A DNA stretch of 32,000 nucleotides from Candidatus Omnitrophota bacterium (GCA_021735045.1 JAIPHU010000006.1:1-32000); one strand, 5' to 3'; shown: positions 6,841-16,273, counted from the stretch's first letter. Notes: generated from the letters alone by a model not told the origin. Translations and numbers: made by a program.

Positions 6841-7799
6841 GCCAGCCGGTAAAACTAATAGTCAGCGGATCGCCTCACTTAAAAGAGAGGGTAAAAACAT
6901 CTCATATTATGCGAGATGTAATTATGGGGCTTATTCCTGCCGCGGGGGCTTCAATCTATTTTTTTGGCATCTCGGCAGCTATCTTAATTTTTAACTGTAT
7001 AGTTACTGCTTTGATAACTGAACGGATTATAAATCAAATCAGAAAACAAAAAAACAGTCTCTCTGACTATAGTGCGGCAGTTACAGGACTATTGGTCGCT
7101 TTAATCCTTCCACCTTCAATCGCCTGGTATGGAGCAACAATGGGTGCGGTTTTTGCAATATTGGTAGGAAAACATCTATTTGGCGGATTAGGTTCAAATA
7201 TATTTAATCCTGCCCTTTTAGGTAGAGCTTTTTTAGCTGCAGCTTATCCAAAAATGCTTACAACTTACATAAGCCCTAGTCAACCTGATGCAATTACCGA
7301 AGCAACCCCCTTAATGCTTCAAAAATTCAGTCATAAACTAACATCTCTAGATAAATTATTTTTAGGAGATGTTTCTGGAAGCTTGGGAGAAACTTCAGCA
7401 ATTTGCCTGCTAGTCGGAGGAGTTTACCTACTTTTACGAAAAAGTGCTGGCTGGAGAATACCGGTTAGCTTGTTAGTTACTGTAATTTTGATTTCAACTG
7501 TTGGGTATTTAATAAATCCAAATTTTGGAGCGCCTATCTTCCATCTTTTAGCCGGAGGGTTGCTTTTGGGAACATTTTTTATGGCAACAGATCCAGCCAC
7601 AACCCCGGTGACCATAAAAGGGAGATTTATTTTTGGCGCAACTTGCGGTATCTTGATTATGTTAATAAGGTATTTCAGTAACTTACCAGAAGGGGTGATG
7701 TATTCAATACTTTTCTGCAATGCATTGGTACCTTTGATAAACCGCTATACGCGGCCTAAAGCATTTGGCCGAGGGAGAAAAGATGAAAGAAGTAGTTAA
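6837..7799 (+). CDS. rnfD: Rnf complex subunit D
   Basis: Polytopic NqrB/RnfD-like protein with the ITEATPL region and FFMATDP motif. The start was set at ATG 6837, which forms an ATGA overlap with the rnfC stop. Confidence 0.88.
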   Translation: MSQPVKLIVSGSPHLKERVKTSHIMRDVIMGLIPAAGASIYFFGISAAILIFNCIVTALITERIINQIRKQKNSLSDYSAAVTGLLVALILPPSIAWYGATMGAVFAILVGKHLFGGLGSNIFNPALLGRAFLAAAYPKMLTTYISPSQPDAITEATPLMLQKFSHKLTSLDKLFLGDVSGSLGETSAICLLVGGVYLLLRKSAGWRIPVSLLVTVILISTVGYLINPNFGAPIFHLLAGGLLLGTFFMATDPATTPVTIKGRFIFGATCGILIMLIRYFSNLPEGVMYSILFCNALVPLINRYTRPKAFGRGRKDERSS

Positions 7800-8328
7800 A
7801 ATTTCTACCACCTTAACTTTAATTTGTTTGATTTGCGCCTTTTTACTTGCCTTAGCCTACGATACAGCCGAAGGAAAAATAGAAGCAAATAAAAAAAAGG
7901 CAATACAAGATTCGATAAACAAGCTAGCTCCGGAAACAACCAAACAAGATAAAATTAAAATTGGCAACAAAACCTTATGGAAACTTTATCAAGATAATGA
8001 ATTGGCCGGCTATGCTACCATCGCCTCAGGCCAAAGTTACAGCGGAGAAATTAAAATGATGGTAGTTATTGACCTCGCCTTAGAAAAAATTAAAGGAATT
8101 GAAATAATTGAATCAAGTGAAACCCCTGGCCTGGGTTCAAAGATTCAAGAAAAATATTTTAAAGACCAATTTAAAAACCTAAATGTTAAAAAACCAATCA
8201 GTTATACCAAAGAAAAACCGACTAAATTAAATCAGATTCAAGCCATAACCGGCGCTACTATATCATCAAAATCTGTAGTCAAGATATTAAATAAAGAGAT
8301 AGAGAAACTAAGAAATAAAATTCAATGA
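7783..8328 (+). CDS. rnfG: Rnf complex subunit G (FMN-binding)
   Basis: N-terminal TM segment. ITGATISS matches the covalent-FMN (S/T)GAT motif. The SD GAGGGAG precedes ATG 7783. Confidence 0.88.
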   Translation: MKEVVKISTTLTLICLICAFLLALAYDTAEGKIEANKKKAIQDSINKLAPETTKQDKIKIGNKTLWKLYQDNELAGYATIASGQSYSGEIKMMVVIDLALEKIKGIEIIESSETPGLGSKIQEKYFKDQFKNLNVKKPISYTKEKPTKLNQIQAITGATISSKSVVKILNKEIEKLRNKIQ

Positions 8329-8915
8329 AAAAACAACAAATCTTAAAAGGCTTTTGGGAACAAAATCCTATTTTTCGCCAGTTATTAGGGATGTGTCCTA
8401 CTTTAGCAGTTACAACTACTGCAGAAAACGGCTTAGCAATGGGGTTGGCAGTAATATTTGTTCTTTTCTTTTCAGAGCTAGCTGTAACTTCTATAAAAAA
8501 AATAGTACCACATCAAGTCCGAATCGCGGTCTATACTGTAATAATTGCAACTTTTGTGACTATAGTTGATATATTTCTAAAGGCACAATTTCCCCAAATA
8601 AGTAAGAATCTGGGGCCGTATGTACCTTTAATTATTGTAAACTGTATAATCTTAGGCAGGTGCGAAGCCTTTGCTTCAAAAAATAAGCTATCTAATTCTC
8701 TTTTAGATGCACTGGGAATGGGGGCGGGATTTTGTTGGGGGCTTTTGGTTTTAGGCTCAATCCGAGAACTTCTGGGTGCAGGCAATATTTTTGGGTTTAA
8801 ATTGATGCCGGCAGGTTTTAATCCATTGGTAGTTATGATTTTACCTGCGGGTGCTTTTTTAGTTTTAGGATTTCTAGTAGCTTTAATGAACCGGGTTGAA
8901 CAATGGAAAACTTAA
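8325..8915 (+). CDS. rnfE: Rnf complex subunit E
   Basis: NqrD/RnfE-like 6-TM protein (NPIFRQLLGMCPTLAVTT). ATGA overlap with rnfG. Confidence 0.88.
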   Translation: MKKQQILKGFWEQNPIFRQLLGMCPTLAVTTTAENGLAMGLAVIFVLFFSELAVTSIKKIVPHQVRIAVYTVIIATFVTIVDIFLKAQFPQISKNLGPYVPLIIVNCIILGRCEAFASKNKLSNSLLDALGMGAGFCWGLLVLGSIRELLGAGNIFGFKLMPAGFNPLVVMILPAGAFLVLGFLVALMNRVEQWKT

Positions 8916-9484
8916 TCTTAATCTTTATATCAACTATTTTAATCAATAACCTTGTCTTAAGCTATTTTTTAGGAATTTGCCCTTTTCTTGGTGTGTCCGG
9001 CAAAATGGAATCTGCTTTAGGAATGGGCATGGCAGTAACTTTTGTAATGACCCTGGCAACCTCAATTAGTTGGTTGATCTATTATCTAGTATTGGAAAGA
9101 TTTGGTTTATTATTTTTAGAGTATATCGTTTTTATTTTAGTTATTGCTTCACTTGTCCAGATTGTAGAGATGTTTATCCGAAAATATTCAGCAAATCTTT
9201 ACCAGTCCTTGGGTATATATCTACCCTTAATTACCAGCAACTGTGCAATCCTTGGAGTAGCCCTGTTTATGGTAGTTAAAGATTACTCTTTTTTAGAAGC
9301 AGTAATTTTTGGCTTTTCGGGAGGATTAGGTTTTTCTTTAGTTTTGGTAGTTATGGCCGGGATAAGAGAAGAGCTAAAATTTGCTGACATTCCCAAAGTT
9401 TTTAAAGGAGCTCCGCTTACCTTAATTACCGCTGGTATTTTAGCTTTAATCTTTATGGGATTTTCGGGGTTAGGAGGAGGATGA
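8903..9484 (+). CDS. rnfA: Rnf complex subunit A
   Basis: NqrE/RnfA-like protein (NNLVLSYFLGICPFLGVS, LPLITSNCAILGVAL). It overlaps rnfE by 13 nt. Confidence 0.88.
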   Translation: MENLILIFISTILINNLVLSYFLGICPFLGVSGKMESALGMGMAVTFVMTLATSISWLIYYLVLERFGLLFLEYIVFILVIASLVQIVEMFIRKYSANLYQSLGIYLPLITSNCAILGVALFMVVKDYSFLEAVIFGFSGGLGFSLVLVVMAGIREELKFADIPKVFKGAPLTLITAGILALIFMGFSGLGGG

Positions 9485-10287
9485 TGAATCAAATAATTAC
9501 TGCTACACTAGCTTTTGGTTTAATCGGCCTGGCTTTTGCTTTACTTTTAGCTTTTCTAAACAGAAAATTAAAAGTACCTGAAGATCCTAAAGTAAAAGAA
9601 ATATTAAATATATTACCCGGGTTAAATTGTGGAGCCTGTGGTTTCAGCAGTTGTAAATCTTATGCTCAAAATGTAGCAAAAAATCCAGATAAGTTCAAAC
9701 CTTGCCGCCCCGGAGGGGATCAGGTAAATGAAAAAGTCCTAGCACTAATTGGAAAAAAGAGGTCTTCTCAAAAGCAAGAGAAGATGATAGTTGTTTGTCG
9801 ATGTGGAGCCGAAGAAAAAGATAAAAAAACAAGCATTGACTATCAAGGCTTACCAAACTGTCAAACCGCCCATGCTATGGGAGGAGCTATTGACTGCACC
9901 TATGGTTGTCTGGCTTTTGGAGACTGCAAAGAAGTTTGTCCTGCAAACGCTATCACCATAAAAAACAAAAAAGTCCATATTGATCAAAAAAAATGCATTT
10001 TATGCGGAAAATGTATAGAAATATGCCCGCGTAATCTTTTTAAAATGATCCCTAATAAAAATTTAGGAAATTATTTTGTCGCCTGTCAAAATAAAGATAA
10101 GTTAAAAGAAGTAAAAGATGTCTGCAGCCGCGGCTGCATAGGCTGCGGCCTTTGCACAAAAGTAGAAAACTCCCCTTACCAAATAAAAGAAAACTTATCT
10201 GAAATAAATTATGACCAAGTTCAGAAAAAAAAACCAGTTGAAGAGGGCAAAAACAAATGCCCAACTAAATGCATCGATTCTTTTTAA
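9481..10287 (+). CDS. rnfB: Rnf complex subunit B (polyferredoxin)
   Basis: N-terminal TM segment, a CGACGFSSC cluster motif, then several CxxCxxC...CP ferredoxin motifs. ATGA overlap with rnfA. Confidence 0.88.
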   Translation: MMNQIITATLAFGLIGLAFALLLAFLNRKLKVPEDPKVKEILNILPGLNCGACGFSSCKSYAQNVAKNPDKFKPCRPGGDQVNEKVLALIGKKRSSQKQEKMIVVCRCGAEEKDKKTSIDYQGLPNCQTAHAMGGAIDCTYGCLAFGDCKEVCPANAITIKNKKVHIDQKKCILCGKCIEICPRNLFKMIPNKNLGNYFVACQNKDKLKEVKDVCSRGCIGCGLCTKVENSPYQIKENLSEINYDQVQKKKPVEEGKNKCPTKCIDSF

Positions 10288-10289
10288 AT

Positions 10290-10691
10290 ATGCACAAAGA
10301 AGTTGCTAGAGTCAAAAAGGTAACTGAAGACAGAATTTTTATACAAGTTGATAAAAAAGCAATGTGCGGTTGTTGTAGAATTGCTTCCGCTTGTGACAAA
10401 AGTCAAGGCCTCTTTGAATTTCCTAATAATAATTTATATTTAAATGAAGGAGATAAAGTAGAGGTAGGAGTTGAGACTCGTAAAGCAATTTCTGCAATCT
10501 TTCTAATATTTATTGCCCCTATTACCATCTTTGTAACAACTTTGGTTTTATTCCAAAATAAAGAAGAATTGACAAGTTTTTTACTTGCGTTATCAGCTAT
10601 ATTTATCTATTATGGAGTAGCTAGATTTTTTTTAAAAAATACCCAAAAATTTAATATAAAATTTTTGCGAAAAATTAATGATGAAGAATAA
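10290..10691 (+). CDS. RseC/MucC-family (SoxR-reducing system) membrane protein
   Basis: An N-terminal Cys cluster (CGCCRIASAC) followed by two TM segments, resembling RseC. It lies directly after rnfB. ATG 10290 is preferred over 10269. Confidence 0.6.
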   Translation: MHKEVARVKKVTEDRIFIQVDKKAMCGCCRIASACDKSQGLFEFPNNNLYLNEGDKVEVGVETRKAISAIFLIFIAPITIFVTTLVLFQNKEELTSFLLALSAIFIYYGVARFFLKNTQKFNIKFLRKINDEE

Positions 10692-11292
10692 AAATAACTT
10701 AGCAATCTTTGCGTCTGGTAGGGGAAGTAATTTTGAGGCCTTAGTTCAAGAAATTAAAAAAGGTAAGATTAATGTAGCTAAGTGCGTTCTTTTTACTGAT
10801 AAAAAAGATTCTTTGGTAAGGCAGAGGGCAAAAAAGTATGGGGTAAAAGATATATTTATTGACCCGGTTCGATTTAAAGATAAAAAAGAATTTGATCAAG
10901 AAGTCATCGACACCCTGGATAAAGAAAAAATAAAAGTAATTGCCTTAGCCGGTTACATGCGAATACTCTCACCGTTTTTTGTAAAATATTTTGAAAATAA
11001 AATTTTAAATATTCACCCATCCTTGTTACCGAGTTTTGCCGGTAACAATGCAATAGAAGATGCTTTTAACTATGGCGCAAAAGTTACAGGGGTTACAATC
11101 CATTTTGTAAGTGAAGAAGTTGACCAGGGGCCAATCATTGCTCAAAGGCCAGTAGGCATAAAAGACAAGATGAGTTTAGAAGATCTAAGAAAAAAGATCC
11201 ATGAAACCGAACATAAACTTTATCCACAAATATTAAAATTATTTTTAGAAAATAAAATAAAACTTGAAGGTCGTCATGTCAAAATTACCTAA
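10678..11292 (+). CDS. purN: Phosphoribosylglycinamide formyltransferase
   Basis: AIFASGRGSNFEAL, NIHPSLLPSFAG and VTIHFVSEEVDQGPII are PurN signatures. Confidence 0.88.
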   Translation: MMKNKNNLAIFASGRGSNFEALVQEIKKGKINVAKCVLFTDKKDSLVRQRAKKYGVKDIFIDPVRFKDKKEFDQEVIDTLDKEKIKVIALAGYMRILSPFFVKYFENKILNIHPSLLPSFAGNNAIEDAFNYGAKVTGVTIHFVSEEVDQGPIIAQRPVGIKDKMSLEDLRKKIHETEHKLYPQILKLFLENKIKLEGRHVKIT

Positions 11293-11740
11293 ACTATTTT
11301 TTATTATTTTAGGAGTTTTTGTTTTTCTCGGATTTTTTCACAGAAACTCCGAGAACAAAAATGAGAATGATCTCAAACCAATTAAAGTTGAGATCAGTAA
11401 AAATAAAGTAGCCACCGGCGAAATATTTTCCTATTTAATTACAATCGAAGGTAAATTTGAAAATCCTAAACTGCAGATGCCAGATTTAGATCAGTTTAAA
11501 GTAGTATCGACAAAGAAAACAAAAAGCTTTTCTTACCAAAAAGATAAATTAAAAACTACTGTAACCATAACTTATTTTTTATTTTGTCCGAAACCGGGTT
11601 CCTTTACGATCGAACCGGTTAAACTTATTGACAACAATAAGACCCACCAAAGCAAATCTTTTAAGATTATTGTAACAGGTAAATCTCTGAAGAAAAAAAG
11701 AAAAATTGTACCTTATATTGAAGGCGGGACGAAAATATAA
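11276..11740 (+). CDS. Hypothetical exported protein, BatD-N-terminal-like
   Basis: A signal or anchor segment followed by a beta-rich pattern (VATGEIFSYLITIEG...GSFTIEPVKL) reminiscent of BatD. This is a weak assignment. Confidence 0.4.
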   Translation: MSKLPKLFFIILGVFVFLGFFHRNSENKNENDLKPIKVEISKNKVATGEIFSYLITIEGKFENPKLQMPDLDQFKVVSTKKTKSFSYQKDKLKTTVTITYFLFCPKPGSFTIEPVKLIDNNKTHQSKSFKIIVTGKSLKKKRKIVPYIEGGTKI

Positions 11741-11745
11741 CTATT

Positions 11746-12579
11746 TTAATCAAATAGTGCCGCTTGGGTAAAAGTGCTGCTTTTCTTGCTGGAGCTATCG
11801 GTGACTTCAATTTCTACAATTTCGGCCGGCCGATTATAAATTTCTAAGTATTCCTTAATAATTTCTTTAGCTTTCGAAAAAGGTTCCGGTATGCTTTTTT
11901 GTTTCTTTTTGATATCAATATCAAAAATTATTCCCAGTTTTTTCTGTTGATAATAAGATTGGATTTTTTTAACTTCCACCTGATCTGGATAAGAAATATA
12001 AATATTGTTTAATCTTTGCCGCAGAAGATATCCAATAAAATCACCAATAGTAATATTGTAGGGATGGATATGTTTCCCTTCGGTGTCACCTAAGGCTTGT
12101 TTGTTCTTCGCAGATAAAACAACAATTCTTTGGTTTATCTGTTGTAAAGAAATCAAACCCATTTGAAATTTTATAAAATCACGCACAAACCCAATACGAT
12201 AAAGATCAAGGCCTTGGTCTTCTACATCGGATAAAACAAACGAATAGAATTGAGGTGGATTATCCATATTTAAAAAAGCTCTGCGTAGAGTTAAAAAAAT
12301 CTGGCGGGTGTTTTTGGTGAAATCAGCAGTCGGTTGGCCAGTTTGGTCAACAATATTTCCAAAAGGAACATAGACCCATAGGGTTTCATCAGTCAGCCAA
12401 GAATTAACTTTAGTCTTAAATTCTTTTTGACAAATTCGCTCGATAACTTCTTCAATATCTTTTCGAGAATAATTGGTGGGGGTGATGCAAGAAAAGTTAA
12501 ATAATAAAAAAAAACTAACTAGAAGAGCCTTTGGGCCTATTTCTATTATATTTTTGAAAAATTCTTTCAATTTGTTCAT
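11746..12579 (-). CDS. Hypothetical lipoprotein-like or exported protein (277 aa), co-directional with the FtsH paralogue
   Basis: The N-terminal hydrophobic segment ends in FNFSC. I recognise no motif. The start overlaps the upstream ftsH-like ORF by 65 nt. Confidence 0.55.
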   Translation of the reverse strand: MNKLKEFFKNIIEIGPKALLVSFFLLFNFSCITPTNYSRKDIEEVIERICQKEFKTKVNSWLTDETLWVYVPFGNIVDQTGQPTADFTKNTRQIFLTLRRAFLNMDNPPQFYSFVLSDVEDQGLDLYRIGFVRDFIKFQMGLISLQQINQRIVVLSAKNKQALGDTEGKHIHPYNITIGDFIGYLLRQRLNNIYISYPDQVEVKKIQSYYQQKKLGIIFDIDIKKKQKSIPEPFSKAKEIIKEYLEIYNRPAEIVEIEVTDSSSKKSSTFTQAALFD

Positions 12580-14182
12580 AGTTTAGTTCTTCTTCCTTAA
12601 TTAACTGAGTAGAGAAATAATCTAAAATATCTTTCTCGCGTTTTAAAATTTCTTCTACATCGTCTAAGCAACAACGCAAAATATCTTGAACATCAGCATC
12701 AAGTTTCTTTTTTGTTTCAGCAGAAATAATGCCTCTCTCCTTTAATAATTGATCAAAATTCCCTATATATTCACTCTTTCCCATTCCCCAACGCCACACC
12801 ATATTATAAGCAATCTTTAAGGCACTGTTAAAATCTGCATCTACACCTGAAGATGTATAGCCGAACTTTAATCTTTCAGCCACATAAGAACCCAAACATA
12901 TTTTTATATTGCCAAGCAGTTCTTTTTGCTTAGGCATCGTTTCTCCAATTTGCGCACCCCACATAACCCCGCCGGTTTCTTTGCGGCGAATGATAGAAAC
13001 TTTTGAAACCTCTCGATGTGGTGCACATAAATAAAGCGCAAGCGCATGGCCAGCTTCATGATAAGCAACCCATTTCTTTTCTTCTGCTGTGTACTTTGCC
13101 GGATGACGAAGGCCAAGCTCTATCCTTTCAAGAGCTTCTGTTAAGTCATCTAGTTGAACTTTTTCTTTTTTCTTTCTTGCTGTTATAAGCGCTGCCTCTC
13201 TGATTATATTCGCAATATCAGCAGGGGAGCGACCTGCCGTCAAACGAGCAAGACGGACATTTTTAACTTCTTTTTTATCATATTCTATGCGACGTAGATA
13301 ATAATCAAATATCTGTTCCCTTTCTTCTAAGGAAGGTAGGCTCACATATATTTTTCTATCGAACCTGCCTGGCCGCAAAATAGCTGGATCAAGCGTATTT
13401 TCTTTTACGTTTGTAGCTCCGACTACAACAATGTTTTGCTCTGATTCTTTTAACCCATCTAACTCAACTAAAAGCTGGTTTATCGTTTGATTATATTCTG
13501 ATTGCCCACCAGATGAACCAACTGAACGCCTACGAGCTAAAGCATCAATTTCATCGATAAAGATAATACATCCACCTTCAACATAAGCCGCATGTCTAGC
13601 CTGTTTAAATAATTTGCGAATTCTAGCTGCACCCACCCCAACATACATCTGAACAAATTCAGAACCGGCTGTACTTAAAAAAGGGAGACCACATTCTGTA
13701 GCAATTGCTTTAGCTAGATAAGTTTTCCCACAACCAGGAGGGCCTAGCATAAGTAAACCTCTTATTATTTTCCCGCCTACTCGATGTACTGCTCTTCTAT
13801 CTTTAATTAAATTAACTATTTCCTTTGCTTCAATTTTAACTGCTTCCATACCAATAACATCAGACCATTTTATCTGAATATCTTCTCCTTTAGTTACTTT
13901 TTTATGCAAGCGACCCATTTTTTGAAGGCCACCTCTTTGCACCCACATCATCAAAAGCATACTTAAAGGTAAACTGATAAGATGGACTATAACAAAGACA
14001 TAAAGGAGGAGAGCATATTGAACAAAAAGAGTTTTCTTAAAATAATATTCTGAGTCAGCCCAAGCTAATATGGCATTGCGGATAAATATAGATAAAGTTA
14101 TAGTTACCGCAATAGAAAAGATAACAACAATTACACCTATCCAGTGGAATTTAAAAAATAATTTTACCTTACGCCAATTCAT
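12515..14182 (-). CDS. ftsH: FtsH-family AAA+ zinc metalloprotease paralogue with a very short extracytoplasmic loop
   Basis: Walker A GPPGCGKT, Walker B IIFIDEID, SRH region DPAILRPGRFDR and zinc motif HEAGHAL. The two N-terminal TM segments are separated by only about 20 residues. Confidence 0.85.
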   Translation of the reverse strand: MNWRKVKLFFKFHWIGVIVVIFSIAVTITLSIFIRNAILAWADSEYYFKKTLFVQYALLLYVFVIVHLISLPLSMLLMMWVQRGGLQKMGRLHKKVTKGEDIQIKWSDVIGMEAVKIEAKEIVNLIKDRRAVHRVGGKIIRGLLMLGPPGCGKTYLAKAIATECGLPFLSTAGSEFVQMYVGVGAARIRKLFKQARHAAYVEGGCIIFIDEIDALARRRSVGSSGGQSEYNQTINQLLVELDGLKESEQNIVVVGATNVKENTLDPAILRPGRFDRKIYVSLPSLEEREQIFDYYLRRIEYDKKEVKNVRLARLTAGRSPADIANIIREAALITARKKKEKVQLDDLTEALERIELGLRHPAKYTAEEKKWVAYHEAGHALALYLCAPHREVSKVSIIRRKETGGVMWGAQIGETMPKQKELLGNIKICLGSYVAERLKFGYTSSGVDADFNSALKIAYNMVWRWGMGKSEYIGNFDQLLKERGIISAETKKKLDADVQDILRCCLDDVEEILKREKDILDYFSTQLIKEEELNYEQIERIFQKYNRNRPKGSSS

Positions 14183-14278
14183 AATTAAAACAAAGATACC
14201 ATAATTTGGCGATTTTGTCTATATAAATAGCTGGCTAATGGGAGCAGGCTGTACCCTCTACGGATAAAAGAAAACCCC

Positions 14279-14306
14279 TTGCGTAAAAGTTTATCTATGG
14301 TACAAT
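14279..14306 (+). promoter_or_regulatory. Putative hflKC promoter (TTGCGT-16 nt-TGgTACAAT)
   Basis: TTGCGT at 14279-14284, TG at 14298-14299 and TACAAT at 14301-14306. The ATG at 14316 is only 9 nt downstream and has no SD. Confidence 0.45.
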
Positions 14307-14315
14307 TTTTACACT

Positions 14316-15314
14316 ATGGATTTTGAAGCAAAATCACCAGACGAGATAATTAATCAATTTAAAAATAAGTTTAAATTTAAAGGGCCAAAATTTTTATCCG
14401 GCCCTGTTTTGATCGTCGCTATAGTTTTAGTAATTATTCTAGCCAGTAACATTTTTTATACGATTTCGCCCAATGAAGTAGGAGTGGTATTGCGTTTTGG
14501 AAAGTACGTACGCACAACGCAACCCGGCCTACATTTTAAAATACCTTTTGTCGAAGGTGTTACTCCGATTAAAACAAAATATGTTTACAAGCAAGAATTT
14601 GGTTATAGGACTACCCAGCCGGGGATAAGAACCCGCTATAGCCAACGCTCATACAGCAATGAATCCTTGATGCTTACCGGAGACCTAAACGTACTTGATT
14701 TAGAATGGATTGTGCAATTTCGGGTTAAAGATCCTTATAAAATTCTTTATAATATCCGCAATCCAGAAAGAACTTTAAGAGATATCTCAGAAGCAGTGAT
14801 GCGCCAAGTTGTGGGTGACTACACCTTTACCGAAGTTTTAACTCTAAAACGGATTGAAGTGAATAATAAAGTTCAAAAAATGTTACAAGGAATTCTTGAT
14901 AACTACGGATCTGGAATTCATATTGTAACTGTAAAACTGCAAGACGTTAACCCGCCAGATCCGGTAAAACCGGCCTTTAATGAAGTAAACGAGGCTAAAC
15001 AGCAAAGAGAAACTTTAATTAATCAAGCTTGGAAATACTACAACCAAAAAATACCCCAAGCTCGAGGAAAAGCAAAACAAAAAATTCAGGAAGCAGAAGG
15101 TTACGGACTAGAGGTGGTAAACAACGCCCAAGGTGACGCAGAAAGATTTCTGCTTCTTTATCAAGAATACATACAAGCAAAAGATATCACTAAAAAACGC
15201 ATCTACCTTGATCATTTAAGTGATGTCTTGCAAAAAGCTGGTAAGAAATATATCGTTGATCCAAAAGAAAAAGGAATTTTACCAATGTTGAGGTTAGATC
15301 ATGAAACAGAGTAA
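14316..15314 (+). CDS. hflK: HflK (SPFH/band-7 protease modulator)
   Basis: A TM anchor followed by the SPFH domain (GVVLRFGKY...PGLHFKIPF). It is paired with hflC. Confidence 0.85.
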   Translation: MDFEAKSPDEIINQFKNKFKFKGPKFLSGPVLIVAIVLVIILASNIFYTISPNEVGVVLRFGKYVRTTQPGLHFKIPFVEGVTPIKTKYVYKQEFGYRTTQPGIRTRYSQRSYSNESLMLTGDLNVLDLEWIVQFRVKDPYKILYNIRNPERTLRDISEAVMRQVVGDYTFTEVLTLKRIEVNNKVQKMLQGILDNYGSGIHIVTVKLQDVNPPDPVKPAFNEVNEAKQQRETLINQAWKYYNQKIPQARGKAKQKIQEAEGYGLEVVNNAQGDAERFLLLYQEYIQAKDITKKRIYLDHLSDVLQKAGKKYIVDPKEKGILPMLRLDHETE

Positions 15315-16260
15315 CGCCAAAGGTTTAATTGCTCTAATTATAGTTATTTTACTTATTCTAATCGGAAATCCGTTTTATACCTTAAAGGAAGGCAAACAAG
15401 TGGTGATTACCCAGTTTGGCGATCCAATTGGTGACCCAATTACAAAAGCCGGCTTGCACCTAAAGATACCTTTTATCCAGAAGGTAAATACTTTCGAAAA
15501 AAGAGTTCTTGAGTGGGATGGTGATCCAAATCAAATCCCCACCAAAGACAAACGATATATCAAGATAGACACAACCGCTCGTTGGCGTATAGTTGATGCT
15601 CTAAAATTTTTTCAATCAGTTTATGATGAAGTCGGGGCCCATGCACGCCTGGATGACGTTGTCGATGCAGCAGTACGAGACGTTATAACTTCTCATAATT
15701 TAGTTGAAATTGTAAGAAGTTCAAACCGAATTTTAGAAAACTTTGATAAAATAAAAGAGGAAGGAAAGCTTTTTATTGAAGAAAGCCAAATCGAAAAGGT
15801 AAGAAGTGGAAGAAATGATTTAAGAACAATGATTATATCTAATGCTAAAGAGGGATTACGTTCACAGTTTGGAATAGAACTTCTTGATGTAAGAATAAAG
15901 CGGCTAAACTACGTTGAAGAAGTTCAACGTAAAGTTTATGACCGAATGATCTCTGAACGAAAACGCGCTGCCGAAGAATACCGCTCTGAAGGTAGAGGCG
16001 CCCAAGCTGAAATTACTGGAAAAACCGACAAAGAACTTAAACTAATTCAATCGGAAGCTTATAAGAAAGCTCAGAAAATAAAAGGAAAAGCTGATGCAAA
16101 AGCAACCAAAATTTATGCAGATGCTTACAGCAAAGATCCTGATTTTTACTCGTTTTTGCAAACACTTAAAACTTATCAAAACACTGTCGATAGCGACACT
16201 GCTTTGATTTTAACCACTGACGCAGAATATTTCAAGTATTTACAAAAATCTTCTCCTTAA
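15301..16260 (+). CDS. hflC: HflC (SPFH/band-7 protease modulator)
   Basis: SPFH domain (GLHLKIPFIQKV), with a 14-nt overlap with hflK. Confidence 0.85.
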   Translation: MKQSNAKGLIALIIVILLILIGNPFYTLKEGKQVVITQFGDPIGDPITKAGLHLKIPFIQKVNTFEKRVLEWDGDPNQIPTKDKRYIKIDTTARWRIVDALKFFQSVYDEVGAHARLDDVVDAAVRDVITSHNLVEIVRSSNRILENFDKIKEEGKLFIEESQIEKVRSGRNDLRTMIISNAKEGLRSQFGIELLDVRIKRLNYVEEVQRKVYDRMISERKRAAEEYRSEGRGAQAEITGKTDKELKLIQSEAYKKAQKIKGKADAKATKIYADAYSKDPDFYSFLQTLKTYQNTVDSDTALILTTDAEYFKYLQKSSP

Positions 16261-16273
16261 CCCCACTCTTTTT

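Noticed and set aside
10269-10289. Upstream start (ATG 10269) for the RseC-like gene, overlapping rnfB by 19 nt
   Set aside because: RseC-family proteins begin close to the conserved sequence that precedes the Cys cluster. ATG 10290 gives that N-terminus. Neither candidate start has an SD, so this remains a judgement call.
11741-11745. Searched for a bidirectional terminator between the convergent genes ending at 11740 and 11746
   Set aside because: Only 5 nt separate the two stop codons, and no stem-loop is possible there. If termination occurs, it must happen inside the opposing coding sequences.
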